A DNA stretch of 64,000 nucleotides from Oscillospiraceae bacterium (GTDB lineage Bacteria > Bacillota > Clostridia > Oscillospirales > Acutalibacteraceae): assembly GCA_036652055.1 (NCBI GenBank), contig JAVVWP010000004.1, forward strand, positions 14,100 to 78,099, in the 5' to 3' direction. The position numbers and the translations under genes were made by a program. This document shows positions 30,850 to 40,186 of this stretch, piece by piece; position 1 is the first letter of the stretch; every line of letters begins with the position of its first letter. Under the pieces are notes generated by a model that worked only from the letters and a program-made list of their open reading frames with translations, did not search any database and was not told the origin of the DNA.

Positions 30850-32091
30850 TTACAGTGATTTTTTACTTTCTAATCTCTTTGTGACTTCTTCTTGAGCGTC
30901 GCAAAGTTCTTTGAACCATTTACCCTTTTCTTCTTTTGTGACATTATCTTTAAAGGTCGCAGCTTTAGTGCCTGTCCTTTTTGAATATATGAAAGTGAAC
31001 AGTGAAGAAAATTCGACTTCTTTTATTAATGAGATTGTATCTTTAAATTCTTCATAAGTTTCCCCAGGAAAACCAACAATAACATCACTTGTAAGCGATA
31101 TATCAGGGATTTTTGACTTTGCATATGAAACAAGGTCTAAATATTTTTTTCTGTCATAATGCCTATTCATCTCTTTTAAAACCCTATCGTTTCCTGACTG
31201 AAAAGGCAAATGCAACCGCTTTTCAACTTTTTCACATTCAGCAATTGTATCAATAAGTTCATTTGTGCAGTCCTTTGGATGAGAGGTCATAAAACTTATT
31301 TTAAAGTCACCGTCAATATTATTTATCTCACGAAGCAGAGCTGAAAAGTTCATTTCTGTTTCATTGTTTTTACCGTATGAATTAACATTTTGACCTAAAA
31401 GAGTTATCTCTTTATATCCTGCTGCTACGATTTCACGAGCTTCATTTATAACATCTTGTGGCTCACGGCTTTTCTCCCTGCCCCTTACATATGGCACAAT
31501 GCAGTATGTGCAAAAATTATCACAGCCATACATAATTGGTAGCCACGCCTTTTCAGAACGCTCACGATAAACCGGAACATCTTCTGATATTTCGATTTCA
31601 TTATCGGGGGCAAACACAACTCTCTTACCGCTATGAATTGTATTGTATAACAGCTCGGGGAGCTTATAGGCTACATGAGTTCCAAAAACAAGGTCAACAA
31701 AAGGATAGCTACTATGTATCTTTTCACGAATATGCTCTTGTTGCATCATACAGCCACAAAGAGCAATTATTAAATTAGGATTTGCTTTTTTATAGATTTT
31801 TAATGCCCCAACATTTCCAAACACTCTGTCCTCGGCGTGTTCACGAATTGCACAGGTATTGAAAAGAATTAAATCGGCTTTGGATACTTCATCGGTAAAT
31901 TCATATCCTACCTTTTTAAGTATTCCCATAATTCTTTCACTATCGGCAACATTACCCTGACAGCCATAAGTGTGAATGTATGCACGGGGGGATTTATCAT
32001 AAAACTTCGCTGACAAAAGCGAGGTCAGCATATCTGCAAATTTTTCTTGCTCTTTTGCATCATCTTTTGATACGGTTGAATTTTTCGACAA
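30850..32091 (-). CDS. miaB: tRNA (i6A37) methylthiotransferase MiaB-like, apparently lacking the TRAM domain
   Basis: MTTase N-domain (HTYGCQGN..FNTCAIRE..GCM) and radical SAM CDNFCTYC. It ends after ..QEEVTKRLESKKSL at 413 aa. Confidence 0.85.
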   Translation of the reverse strand: MSKNSTVSKDDAKEQEKFADMLTSLLSAKFYDKSPRAYIHTYGCQGNVADSERIMGILKKVGYEFTDEVSKADLILFNTCAIREHAEDRVFGNVGALKIYKKANPNLIIALCGCMMQQEHIREKIHSSYPFVDLVFGTHVAYKLPELLYNTIHSGKRVVFAPDNEIEISEDVPVYRERSEKAWLPIMYGCDNFCTYCIVPYVRGREKSREPQDVINEAREIVAAGYKEITLLGQNVNSYGKNNETEMNFSALLREINNIDGDFKISFMTSHPKDCTNELIDTIAECEKVEKRLHLPFQSGNDRVLKEMNRHYDRKKYLDLVSYAKSKIPDISLTSDVIVGFPGETYEEFKDTISLIKEVEFSSLFTFIYSKRTGTKAATFKDNVTKEEKGKWFKELCDAQEEVTKRLESKKSL

Positions 32092-32112
32092 GTTTTCGCC
32101 AGTCCCTTCAAA

Positions 32113-33048
32113 TTATGAAATATAAATCGAGTTAAGCCAAGATAAAATATCATTAAATACTATTTCTTTATCGGCTTCATTAAGAATTTCGTGCCTGTCG
32201 CCAGGATATAAAACAACCGTTGGCTCTTTGCCTGACAAAACAAGATTATCAGCAACTGATAAAACTCCCTTGCCATTAAATCCTACTGGATCTTTTGCAC
32301 CTGAAATAATCATTATTGGTAAATTTTCAGGAACAGCATCTGCCCAGCCCTCTCTTGACGCTTCATTAGCAAGTGCAAAAAGGTCACGATAACCGCCAAG
32401 CTTTAAGTTAAATCCACAGAGGCTGTCGTTTTGATATTTTTCTTGATTTTGTGTATCCGCTGAAAGCCACGAAAGCTTTCCCTGTCTATCAGGAACCATT
32501 AAATTGCATAGGAAGTTAAAGGTATTTCCAAGTGAGTCTGCACTTGAATTTGCACCAAGCTTTTCTGTTAATTTATCCATTGGCATTTGAAGTGTACTTG
32601 CCATTGCAGGAAGCTCACCTGTGCCACAATAAATTACACCATTCAGTTCATATCCAAAATGAGTTGTATATACTCTTGCACAGAACGAACCCATACTATG
32701 ACCAAAGAGGAAATAAGGTAAATCAGGATATTTGTTTTTCATTATTACTGTTAAAATATGCATATCGTCAACTAAGCGTTTATCGCCATTTTCTTCTGCA
32801 AAAAAGCCGAGGTCTGAAAGTGCATTAACAGATTTTCCGTGACCTAAATGGTCGTTTCCGCAAACTACAAATCCGTTTGATGCTAAAAATGATGCAAACT
32901 CATCATATCTTTCAATATGCTCTGCCATTCCGTGAGCAATTTGAAAAACACCTATAGGAGTTAACTTATCGTCTTTCCAAATTAGAGTTCTGATTTTATT
33001 TTCACCTGTTGATGAATTAAAGTATGCTTCAGTACGAACTATCGACAT
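32113..33048 (-). CDS. alpha/beta hydrolase (lysophospholipase/monoacylglycerol-lipase-like)
   Basis: HGMAEH oxyanion region, nucleophile elbow GHSMGS, and C-terminal DRHEILNE. I chose the ATG at 33048 (AAAGGA upstream). The track start is 33117. Confidence 0.7.
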   Translation of the reverse strand: MSIVRTEAYFNSSTGENKIRTLIWKDDKLTPIGVFQIAHGMAEHIERYDEFASFLASNGFVVCGNDHLGHGKSVNALSDLGFFAEENGDKRLVDDMHILTVIMKNKYPDLPYFLFGHSMGSFCARVYTTHFGYELNGVIYCGTGELPAMASTLQMPMDKLTEKLGANSSADSLGNTFNFLCNLMVPDRQGKLSWLSADTQNQEKYQNDSLCGFNLKLGGYRDLFALANEASREGWADAVPENLPIMIISGAKDPVGFNGKGVLSVADNLVLSGKEPTVVLYPGDRHEILNEADKEIVFNDILSWLNSIYIS

Positions 33049-33339
33049 AATGTACATCCTTTCACAGTAACAAAATTTAGCCAAAGCCATAATATCTATA
33101 TAATTTATACTAATCAAATCACATAAATATAGATGTTAAATATTATACAATATAATTGATGGTTTGTCATTAGTTTTAACTGTAATATTTATTTTTTATT
33201 ATATATTTTTTATTCTGCATAATTAGGTCGAATTTTGTAAAAGAACATATTTTCATTGGTGATATTGTAGATTAAATATAATTGATATTTTTTTTAATCT
33301 GTGGTAAAATTAATAAAAACATAAAGGAGCGTTTATTTT

Positions 33340-33663
33340 ATGACATATGAACAAATTATTGCAAAAGTCAAAGAAGTAGCTGAAAATGCTGACACATCAT
33401 CAATAAGCGGAACGCTTGCAATTCAAATTAACCTTATTGGCAAAAACATCAAAGGAGTTTTCTACATAGAGGTTAAAGACGGAAAAATTAATGTTGAACC
33501 TTATGATTATCACGACCGTGCTGCCTTAGTAACTGTTGCACCAACTAATTTTATTAAAATTATTGACGGAAAGCTTGATCCTGTTCTTGCTTTTACACTC
33601 GGCAAAGTTTCAATTGATGGCGATTTAGGCGCTGTTCTTCAAATTATAAAATTAATTAAATAA
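33340..33663 (+). CDS. SCP2 (sterol-carrier-like) domain protein
   Basis: 107 aa; the C-terminal KLDPVLAFTLGKVSIDGDLGAVLQI matches the SCP2 pattern. AAGGAG SD present. Confidence 0.55.
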   Translation: MTYEQIIAKVKEVAENADTSSISGTLAIQINLIGKNIKGVFYIEVKDGKINVEPYDYHDRAALVTVAPTNFIKIIDGKLDPVLAFTLGKVSIDGDLGAVLQIIKLIK

Positions 33664-33687
33664 TTTTTTGGATTTTATAAAAATACT

Positions 33688-33720
33688 CTTGCTAAAATTT
33701 TAGCAGGGGTGTTTTTTTAT
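33688..33720 (+). terminator. terminator after the SCP2 gene
   Basis: CTTGCTAAAA/TTTTAGCAGG stem followed by a T-run. Confidence 0.5.
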
Positions 33721-33819
33721 ATTATTACAGTTTTTCTCTAATATTCGCCTTTTTTTCGTTTTGCATTTTTTATAATAATGAAGTATAATATTTTTATAGA
33801 AATAACTTTAGGAGAAAAT

Positions 33820-35526
33820 ATGAACGCTGTAATTTGCTCATTAAACTCAAAATATATTCATTCCTCCCTTGCACCGTGGTGCCTTTTTGCAGGGGTTAAA
33901 GAATATTGCGAAAGCGACATAAATGCAAGCGTAATTGAGGGTACGATTAACGAGCCTATAAATAATATTATTGATAGAATTATAAAATCAAGTCCTGATG
34001 TTATTGGATTTTGCACCTATATTTGGAATGTTTCTAAAGTATATGAAATTGTAAAATCAGTCAAAAAAAGTCTTCCAAAAGCTGTTATTATTTTGGGCGG
34101 ACCTGAAGTTAGTTATAATGCAGAAGAAGTGCTTTTTAATAACAATCTCATTGATTTTGTTTTGTCGGGAGAGGGCGAAAAATCGTTTCCAGAGCTACTT
34201 ACTTCAATTAATACTAATGGCGATTATAAAAAGATTGAGGGCATTTGTTATAGAGATGAAAAAAATATAGTCGTAAACCCTCCCTGCATTTTAAGCTCTG
34301 ATCCTGTTTCACCTTATACAAAAGAATTTTTTGATAGCTTAAATGGTAGGATTTCATATCTTGAAACAAGCCGTGGCTGCCCTTATTCGTGTGCATTTTG
34401 CCTTTCAGGGAGATGTGGTAATGCTCGGTTTTTTGACATTGAGCGTGCTAAAAACGATATAATTTTACTTGCAAACAGCGGTACAAAAACCATAAAATTA
34501 GTTGACCGAACTTTTAATGCAAATAAGAAAAGAGCTAAAGAATTATTTCAATTTATTATAGATAATTATGGTGTAAAAATTCCGAGCAATGTTTGCATTC
34601 ACTTTGAAATTGCAGGAGATATTTTAGACGATGAAACTATTGAAATTTTATCAAAGTCCCCTATTGGTGCAATTCAAATGGAAATCGGGCTTCAAAGCTT
34701 TAATGAGAAAACTTTAACATATATAAATCGAAAAACAAATATAAAAAAACTTAAATCTAACATTGAAAAGCTAATAAAAAGTCACAACATTCATATCCAT
34801 ATTGACCTTATAGCTGGGCTTCCATTTGAGGATTTAGAAAGCTTTAAAGACAGCTTTAACACTGCATTTTTGCTTTATCCCGATATGCTACAATTAGGAT
34901 TTTTAAAACTGCTTCACGGTGCTGATATGAGAGAAAATGCTGAAAAGTATCCTTGTGAGTTTTCAAAAAATCCGCCATATGAAGTTAAATCAACTCCTTG
35001 GATGAACGAAAACAGCCTTTCGATTATTCACCTTTTAGAGGACGCTTTAGATAGAATTTATAACAGCGGTCGGTTTAAAAGGACAATAAATTATTTGATT
35101 AATGAAGTTAAAATTGCTCCATTTGACCTGTTTTTTGGTATATCTGATTATTTAAAAAGTGTTGACACTGATAAAATTTCGCTTGACAAATATACAGATT
35201 ATTTATTTAACTATTTAACATCACTTGATAATGCCGATAAAAAGATTATTCGTGATTTAATGGTCTGTGACAGGCTTTCAACAAATCCATCGGGAACTCT
35301 GCCAAAATCACTTCAAATTGAAGATAAAAATTTAAAAAGGTATAAAACGCTACTAAATATAAAAGTTAATCCTGTTCATAATATTAAAAGAGGAATTGCA
35401 ATTTTATATTCATTAGACGAACTTGTGTTTGTTGATTATATAAATAAAAATCCTATCAGTGGCGAATTTGAAATTAATGTTATGCCATTGTCTGAAGTTT
35501 TAGAAATGACATTTAAGGGGTTGTAG
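33820..35526 (+). CDS. B12-binding-domain radical SAM protein (DUF4080-type C-terminus as I recall it)
   Basis: CPYSCAFC (CX3CX2C) cluster motif preceded by a cobalamin-binding-like N-domain. I prefer the ATG at 33820 (AGGAGAAAAT upstream) over the track start at 33778. Confidence 0.78.
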   Translation: MNAVICSLNSKYIHSSLAPWCLFAGVKEYCESDINASVIEGTINEPINNIIDRIIKSSPDVIGFCTYIWNVSKVYEIVKSVKKSLPKAVIILGGPEVSYNAEEVLFNNNLIDFVLSGEGEKSFPELLTSINTNGDYKKIEGICYRDEKNIVVNPPCILSSDPVSPYTKEFFDSLNGRISYLETSRGCPYSCAFCLSGRCGNARFFDIERAKNDIILLANSGTKTIKLVDRTFNANKKRAKELFQFIIDNYGVKIPSNVCIHFEIAGDILDDETIEILSKSPIGAIQMEIGLQSFNEKTLTYINRKTNIKKLKSNIEKLIKSHNIHIHIDLIAGLPFEDLESFKDSFNTAFLLYPDMLQLGFLKLLHGADMRENAEKYPCEFSKNPPYEVKSTPWMNENSLSIIHLLEDALDRIYNSGRFKRTINYLINEVKIAPFDLFFGISDYLKSVDTDKISLDKYTDYLFNYLTSLDNADKKIIRDLMVCDRLSTNPSGTLPKSLQIEDKNLKRYKTLLNIKVNPVHNIKRGIAILYSLDELVFVDYINKNPISGEFEINVMPLSEVLEMTFKGL

Positions 35527-35570
35527 GGTTTGATGCCCACATCGAACCGTTGGGGGTTTATTAAATTTGC

Positions 35571-35711
35571 GGAACGGTCAAGACCGTTCCCTACACTGAA
35601 TTGACAGTCATTCTGAGCTTGCGAAGAATCTCGCCAGTAATCGAGCAATGCTCGCCACTACGATTGATTGGTTAACAGATTATTCGGGCGAACACATAGG
35701 TTCGCCCCTAC
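35571..35711 (-). repeat. three REP-like units (GTAG head + GC-rich palindrome), same orientation
   Basis: Read on the minus strand, unit 1 is GTAG+GGAACGGTC-tt-GACCGTTCC (35594-35571). Unit 2 is GTAG-tgg-CGAGC-att-GCTCG (35661-35642). Unit 3 is GTAG+GGGCGAAC-ctatgt-GTTCGCCC (35711-35686). The motif gtcattctgagcttgcgaagaatctc (35607-35632) lies between units 1 and 2. Confidence 0.6.
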
Positions 35712-35751
35712 GATAGGTGGTTTTCTTATATCTTAGTTGCTCCCTCCTTCA

Positions 35752-35816
35752 GTCAGCTCCGCTGACAGCTTGCCTTTTGAGGAATGTTGGGGTTGCTCCA
35801 GAGGAAAGAGTAACCC
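35752..35816. repeat. two further GC-rich hairpins in the same non-coding island
   Basis: GTCAGC-tcc-GCTGAC (35752-35766), and GGGTTGCTC-N9-GAGTAACCC (35790-35816, one G-U pair). Confidence 0.5.
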
Positions 35817-35834
35817 TTAAAATCAGAATAATAA

Positions 35835-35867
35835 AAAGGTCGAAGAACAATTAGTTTTTCGACCTTT
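35835..35867. terminator. terminator of tcdA (usable in both directions)
   Basis: AAAGGTCGAA-N13-TTCGACCTTT with T-runs on both sides, 6 nt after the tcdA stop. Confidence 0.75.
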
Positions 35868-35872
35868 GATTT

Positions 35873-36580
35873 TTAATATTGTATTAAATCCTTAACTACC
35901 TCACCGGCGATTATAAGCCCTGCAACAGATGGAGTAAAGGCGTTGCTTGAAGGAACACGCTTTCGACTATTTTCATCAATAGAACTTTTTATTTTAATTG
36001 GTTCTTCCTTAGAATAAATAACTTTGAGCTTTTTTATTCCTCGCTTTTTAAGCTCTGTTCGCATAGCTTTTGCAAGAGGACAAACAGAGGTTTTAAAGAT
36101 GTCAGAAACTTCAAACATTTGTGGACACACCTTATTTCCTGCACCCATTGAGGAAATAATCGGTGTTTTTAATTCATCACATTTCATTACTAACTCAAGC
36201 TTGCCAGTCACTGTATCTATTGCATCAACAACATAATCGTAATTTGAAAAATCAAAATCGCCCGAGCATTCAGGCATAAAGAAAGTTTTATAAATATTAA
36301 TCTTAGCATTAGGATTTATATCTAAAATTCTATCTCGCATAACCTCGACTTTGTATTTGCCTAATGTGCTATGAAGTGCTATTAACTGCCTGTTTAGATT
36401 GCTTTGTGACACTGTATCGTTATCAATTAGGTCAAGCGTTCCTATTCCGCTTCTTGCAAGTGCTTCAGCGGTAAAAGAGCCTACTCCGCCAATGCCAAAA
36501 ATTGCTACTCTCGAATTTTTTAGCTTTTCTATATTTTCGTTTCCAAAAAGAAGTTCTGTTCTTTCGAGCCAATCAGACAT
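35873..36580 (-). CDS. tcdA: tRNA threonylcarbamoyladenosine dehydratase (ThiF/E1-like family)
   Basis: 235 aa; VAIFGIGGVGSFTAEALARSGIG dinucleotide loop, DNDTVSQSNLNRQ. Confidence 0.8.
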   Translation of the reverse strand: MSDWLERTELLFGNENIEKLKNSRVAIFGIGGVGSFTAEALARSGIGTLDLIDNDTVSQSNLNRQLIALHSTLGKYKVEVMRDRILDINPNAKINIYKTFFMPECSGDFDFSNYDYVVDAIDTVTGKLELVMKCDELKTPIISSMGAGNKVCPQMFEVSDIFKTSVCPLAKAMRTELKKRGIKKLKVIYSKEEPIKIKSSIDENSRKRVPSSNAFTPSVAGLIIAGEVVKDLIQY

Positions 36581-36803
36581 TTTTTAGCCCTCCGATTGTA
36601 AAACTATCAAAGTTATTGGAAAACTGAGCAACTATTTTATTCTGTTTAAAATAATCTTTTAAAAGGTTAATCGTTTTTTCACTCTTTTCGTCAAGAGTAA
36701 AATATTGCCCACCGCAAGCGTCGTGAAGATGAATTTTAACTCCGTCATTTTCTGACAAATACTTGCTGAGTGCTATTATTTCATCAAAATTTAGTGCCAT
36801 CAT
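36573..36803 (-). CDS. small conserved-looking protein (76 aa), possibly the family NCBI labels RDAC
   Basis: Contains an HLHDACGGQ motif. There is an 8-nt overlap with the tcdA start, and its codons GGA GGG double as the tcdA SD. Confidence 0.5.
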   Translation of the reverse strand: MMALNFDEIIALSKYLSENDGVKIHLHDACGGQYFTLDEKSEKTINLLKDYFKQNKIVAQFSNNFDSFTIGGLKNV

Positions 36804-36824
36804 TTTCTCCCTATTACTCTGAAA

Positions 36825-37808
36825 TTACAAATATTCAGCTATAAATTTTTTAACACCATTCCAGTAAAGCCTCGGGTGCGCACACACCGAACGAGCGTGC
36901 GGTGCATCAGGAATTGACAGCTTTTCTTTAACGCACGCCGCTGCATTATAAACCTCATCGAGCATACTATACGGAACAAAGTCATCTTTTTCGCCATGTA
37001 TAAAAAGCGTTGGAGTATGGCTTTTTTTGACTTGATTTATAGCTGACGCTTCTTTAAATCCAAATTTTTCTTTATGACGATTTACTGCATCCGCACTGTA
37101 TAAAAGCGGAAATAATGGCAGTTTAAAGCTTTGTTTTATTTTATATGCAAGAATATCCCAAACTGTTGTATAGCCACAGTCCTCAATAGCTAATTTTACA
37201 TTTTGGGGTAGTTCTTCACCTGTTACCATCATTGCAGTCGCTCCGCCCATAGAAACACCGTGAAGTATAATTTTAGAATTTGGATGCTTTTCTGCAATTT
37301 GATTTATCCAAACTAACACATCAAGCCTATCATTCCAACCCATAGAAATTAATTCTTCATCACTGTCGGCGTGACCTCTAAGGCTTGGCAACAAAACATT
37401 GTATCCCATTTTGTGAAAGCCATCAGCATAAACGCCCATAAACTGGGGCGATGAACCATATCCGTGAATGCAAATTACCCACACATCACTTGGCTTTTTT
37501 GACATAATAACATCTGCATGAAGTATTCTTTTGTCCTGCGTTTCGGCAGTAACTTTAAGCGGATTAACTTTATGAAACCAATTTGCACCATCAAGAATAA
37601 CCTTGTCTAAGCGTTTTTTGTAATCGTCAATCGGTGCTTTTTCTTTAAGATTTGCTAAAAGCTTTTTTACAAAATTACTTTGTATTCCTGTTTTTGAAAG
37701 TGAAAATTTATGAAACAATTCGCCTGTTATAACGAAAGAGGTTGAAAAAATTCCGCCAACAATCGCAAGCTTTTTAAGTCTATCTTTATTGTTTTGATTT
37801 ATTGACAT
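36825..37808 (-). CDS. membrane-anchored alpha/beta hydrolase
   Basis: N-terminal TM (LAIVGGIFSTSFVITG), nucleophile elbow HGVSMGG, late HGEKDDFVP and DAPH triad elements. Confidence 0.7.
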   Translation of the reverse strand: MSINQNNKDRLKKLAIVGGIFSTSFVITGELFHKFSLSKTGIQSNFVKKLLANLKEKAPIDDYKKRLDKVILDGANWFHKVNPLKVTAETQDKRILHADVIMSKKPSDVWVICIHGYGSSPQFMGVYADGFHKMGYNVLLPSLRGHADSDEELISMGWNDRLDVLVWINQIAEKHPNSKIILHGVSMGGATAMMVTGEELPQNVKLAIEDCGYTTVWDILAYKIKQSFKLPLFPLLYSADAVNRHKEKFGFKEASAINQVKKSHTPTLFIHGEKDDFVPYSMLDEVYNAAACVKEKLSIPDAPHARSVCAHPRLYWNGVKKFIAEYL

Positions 37809-37838
37809 GATTTTAACCCTTTCATTATTTTATAAAAA

Positions 37839-39011
37839 TTATATTCTTGCAACTCCTGTTTCTTTTGCGGCTTTCATTACTGCATTTGCAACGGTAGCGC
37901 CTACCCTCTCGTCAAAGGCTTTTGGCAAAATATATTCTGCATTTAATTCTTCGTCAGAAACAAGTGAGGCTATTGCTCTTGCGGCTGCAATTTTCATTTC
38001 TTCGTTTATCTCGCTTGCTCTGCAATCAAGAGTCCCTCTAAATATCCCAGGAAATGCAAGAACATTATTAATTTGATTAGGAAAGTCACTTCTGCCTGTT
38101 CCTACAACCAATGCACCTGCATTTTTGGCAAGGTCAGGCATTATTTCAGGCGTTGGATTTGACATTGGCAAAACTATTGAGTTTTTAGCCATTGAGCGAA
38201 CCATATCTTCTGTTACAATATTAGGAACAGAAACTCCGACAAAAATATCTGCATTTATAAAAGCGTCAGCAAGTGTTCCTTTTTTATGATTTTTATTTGT
38301 AAATTCTGCAATTTCTGCCTGTGCCGAATTTAATCTTTCATCACCCTTACAGATAATGCCTTTACTGTTACACATTATCACATTTTGTATTCCCTGATTG
38401 ATTAAAAGCTTTGCAATTGCAATGCCCGCAGCACCTGCACCGCTGAAAACCGCTGTACAATCTTCGATTTTTTTATTTGCAACACGAAGTGCATTTATGA
38501 CCGCTGCTGCAACAACAACCGCTGTTCCGTGTTGGTCATCGTGAAAAATTGGAATATCTGTTCTCTCTTTTAGCTTTCTTTCGATTTCAAAACAGCGTGG
38601 TGCTGAAATATCTTCAAGGTTTACTCCGCCAAAGCTACCTGCTAAAAGTGCTACGCAATTAACTATTTCATCAACATCTTTTGAGCGAATGCAAAGAGGA
38701 ATAGCGTCAACTCCGCCGAACTCCTTAAAGAGTACGCATTTTCCCTCCATAACAGGCATTCCTGCCTCAGGCCCTATATCGCCAAGCCCTAAAACGGCTG
38801 TTCCGTCAGTCACAACTGCAACTGTATTCCAACGCCTTGTCAGCTCATATGACTTATCAACATCTTTTTGAATTTCTAAGCAAGGCTGTGCAACGCCAGG
38901 TGTATAAGCAAGTGAAAGAGCCTCTTTATTGTTTGCCTTTGCTCTCGTTTTTATTTCAATTTTTCCGCCCCACTCATAGTGAAGTTTAAGCGATTCTTTT
39001 GCATAATCCAT
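37839..39011 (-). CDS. NAD(P)-dependent malic enzyme (short form)
   Basis: 390 aa; LSLAYTPGVA, VVTDGTAVLGLGDIG, FSGAGAAGIAIAKLL. Confidence 0.87.
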   Translation of the reverse strand: MDYAKESLKLHYEWGGKIEIKTRAKANNKEALSLAYTPGVAQPCLEIQKDVDKSYELTRRWNTVAVVTDGTAVLGLGDIGPEAGMPVMEGKCVLFKEFGGVDAIPLCIRSKDVDEIVNCVALLAGSFGGVNLEDISAPRCFEIERKLKERTDIPIFHDDQHGTAVVVAAAVINALRVANKKIEDCTAVFSGAGAAGIAIAKLLINQGIQNVIMCNSKGIICKGDERLNSAQAEIAEFTNKNHKKGTLADAFINADIFVGVSVPNIVTEDMVRSMAKNSIVLPMSNPTPEIMPDLAKNAGALVVGTGRSDFPNQINNVLAFPGIFRGTLDCRASEINEEMKIAAARAIASLVSDEELNAEYILPKAFDERVGATVANAVMKAAKETGVARI

Positions 39012-39031
39012 AATTTTGTCCCTTTTCTAAA

Positions 39032-40177
39032 TTATATTATTTCATTGTAACTGCCAAGATAAATTGTAGAGTTTCCCATTGCCCCAACTTCTTCAATAAA
39101 AAGTGGAAATTCAGCGGAATTAACAGATATGTCCACATCAAAATAGAACATAAACTCAAAATCCGTTCCTGGTATCGGTCTGCTTTCGATTTTTTGAAGA
39201 TTTATAGAAAGTGCATAAAATTTTGACATTACATCATAAAGCGAGCCTGCTCTATGCGGAAGTGTCATCATTAGGCTTGTCTTTTCTGCACCCGAATAAA
39301 TTTCAAGGTCTTTTGAAATGCAAATAAATCTCGTATAATTATTGTCATTATTTTGAATGCTTTTTAAAATGATATTAAGATTATAAAGCTCGGCACAATC
39401 ATTTGATGAAATTGCCGCTATATCATTTCTATCACTTTCCATAACAATTTTTGCTGCAACAGCAGTGTTTTCTACAATATTAATCTTAACATTCGCAATT
39501 GTTTTTAAAAATTCACTGCACTGATTTATTGCTTGTTCGTGCGAATAAATTTCTTTTATTTCTTTTAGTGAAGTGTTGTTTTTTGAAAGAAGTGAATGCT
39601 CAATTTTAAGCCTTTGACTTCTAACAATATAGAAATGATGCTCGCTCATAAGGTCATAAACACGGTTTACAGAGCCTGCCGTACTGTTTTCAATGGGGAG
39701 CATACCATATTTGCAAAGCCCTTTATCTACTGCTGAAAATACATCATCAAAGGTTTTAAAAAACATTATGTCTGGTCTTTTAAAAAGTTTTTCGGCAGCA
39801 AGGCTTGAATATGCACCCTCAACCCCTTGACACGCAACAACTGCATTTTCGGGGAAACATTTGTCACGGCTATTTGCAATCGACATTTTAACATTGTCAA
39901 GTAGGCTTGATTTTTCATTAAGGCATTTTTGCTGATATGAGCGTGAAACGGAAAACATCGTTGAATAAAGCATTGTAGCATAAAGAGAAAGCTCATCACC
40001 ACTCTTTTCTGCAACGGATTTCAGAAGCTCACGCTCACGAGCCTTGTCTAAAATCGGGAGATTGTTTTGCTTTTTATATTCAGCAATTTTAAGTGAAATT
40101 GCCATTCGCTTTTTAAAAAGGCTTATGATTTCATCATCAATACCATTTATAGAATTTCGAAAGTCATTTATATCCAT
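39032..40177 (-). CDS. pheA: bifunctional chorismate mutase / prephenate dehydratase
   Basis: N-terminal CM helix (IDDEIISLFKKRMAISLKIAEYK), a PDT domain, and an ACT domain with the IESRP motif. Confidence 0.85.
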   Translation of the reverse strand: MDINDFRNSINGIDDEIISLFKKRMAISLKIAEYKKQNNLPILDKARERELLKSVAEKSGDELSLYATMLYSTMFSVSRSYQQKCLNEKSSLLDNVKMSIANSRDKCFPENAVVACQGVEGAYSSLAAEKLFKRPDIMFFKTFDDVFSAVDKGLCKYGMLPIENSTAGSVNRVYDLMSEHHFYIVRSQRLKIEHSLLSKNNTSLKEIKEIYSHEQAINQCSEFLKTIANVKINIVENTAVAAKIVMESDRNDIAAISSNDCAELYNLNIILKSIQNNDNNYTRFICISKDLEIYSGAEKTSLMMTLPHRAGSLYDVMSKFYALSINLQKIESRPIPGTDFEFMFYFDVDISVNSAEFPLFIEEVGAMGNSTIYLGSYNEII

Positions 40178-40186
40178 TTTTCTCCT

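Noticed and set aside
33149-33286. 12-nt direct repeat aatataattgat (33149-33160 and 33275-33286) in the divergent promoter region between the hydrolase and SCP2 genes
   Set aside because: The region is extremely AT-rich, so a 12-mer match of pure A/T/G composition is not clearly above chance. There is no dyad symmetry and no regulator gene nearby.
35436-35648. 70-aa minus-strand ORF across the end of the radical-SAM gene and the hairpin island
   Set aside because: It is built from the GC-rich palindromes themselves and overlaps the 3' end of a solid CDS. It has no SD. Spurious ORFs of this kind are typical over REP-like DNA.
36573-36803. Ubiquitin-like/ThiS-like sulfur carrier idea for the 76-aa ORF next to the E1-like TcdA (it has GG near its C-terminus: ..FTIGGLKNV)
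   Set aside because: The GG is 4 residues from the end. The N-terminus looks helical rather than beta-grasp. The codons GGA GGG coincide with the Shine-Dalgarno of tcdA, which explains their presence without invoking a diglycine function.
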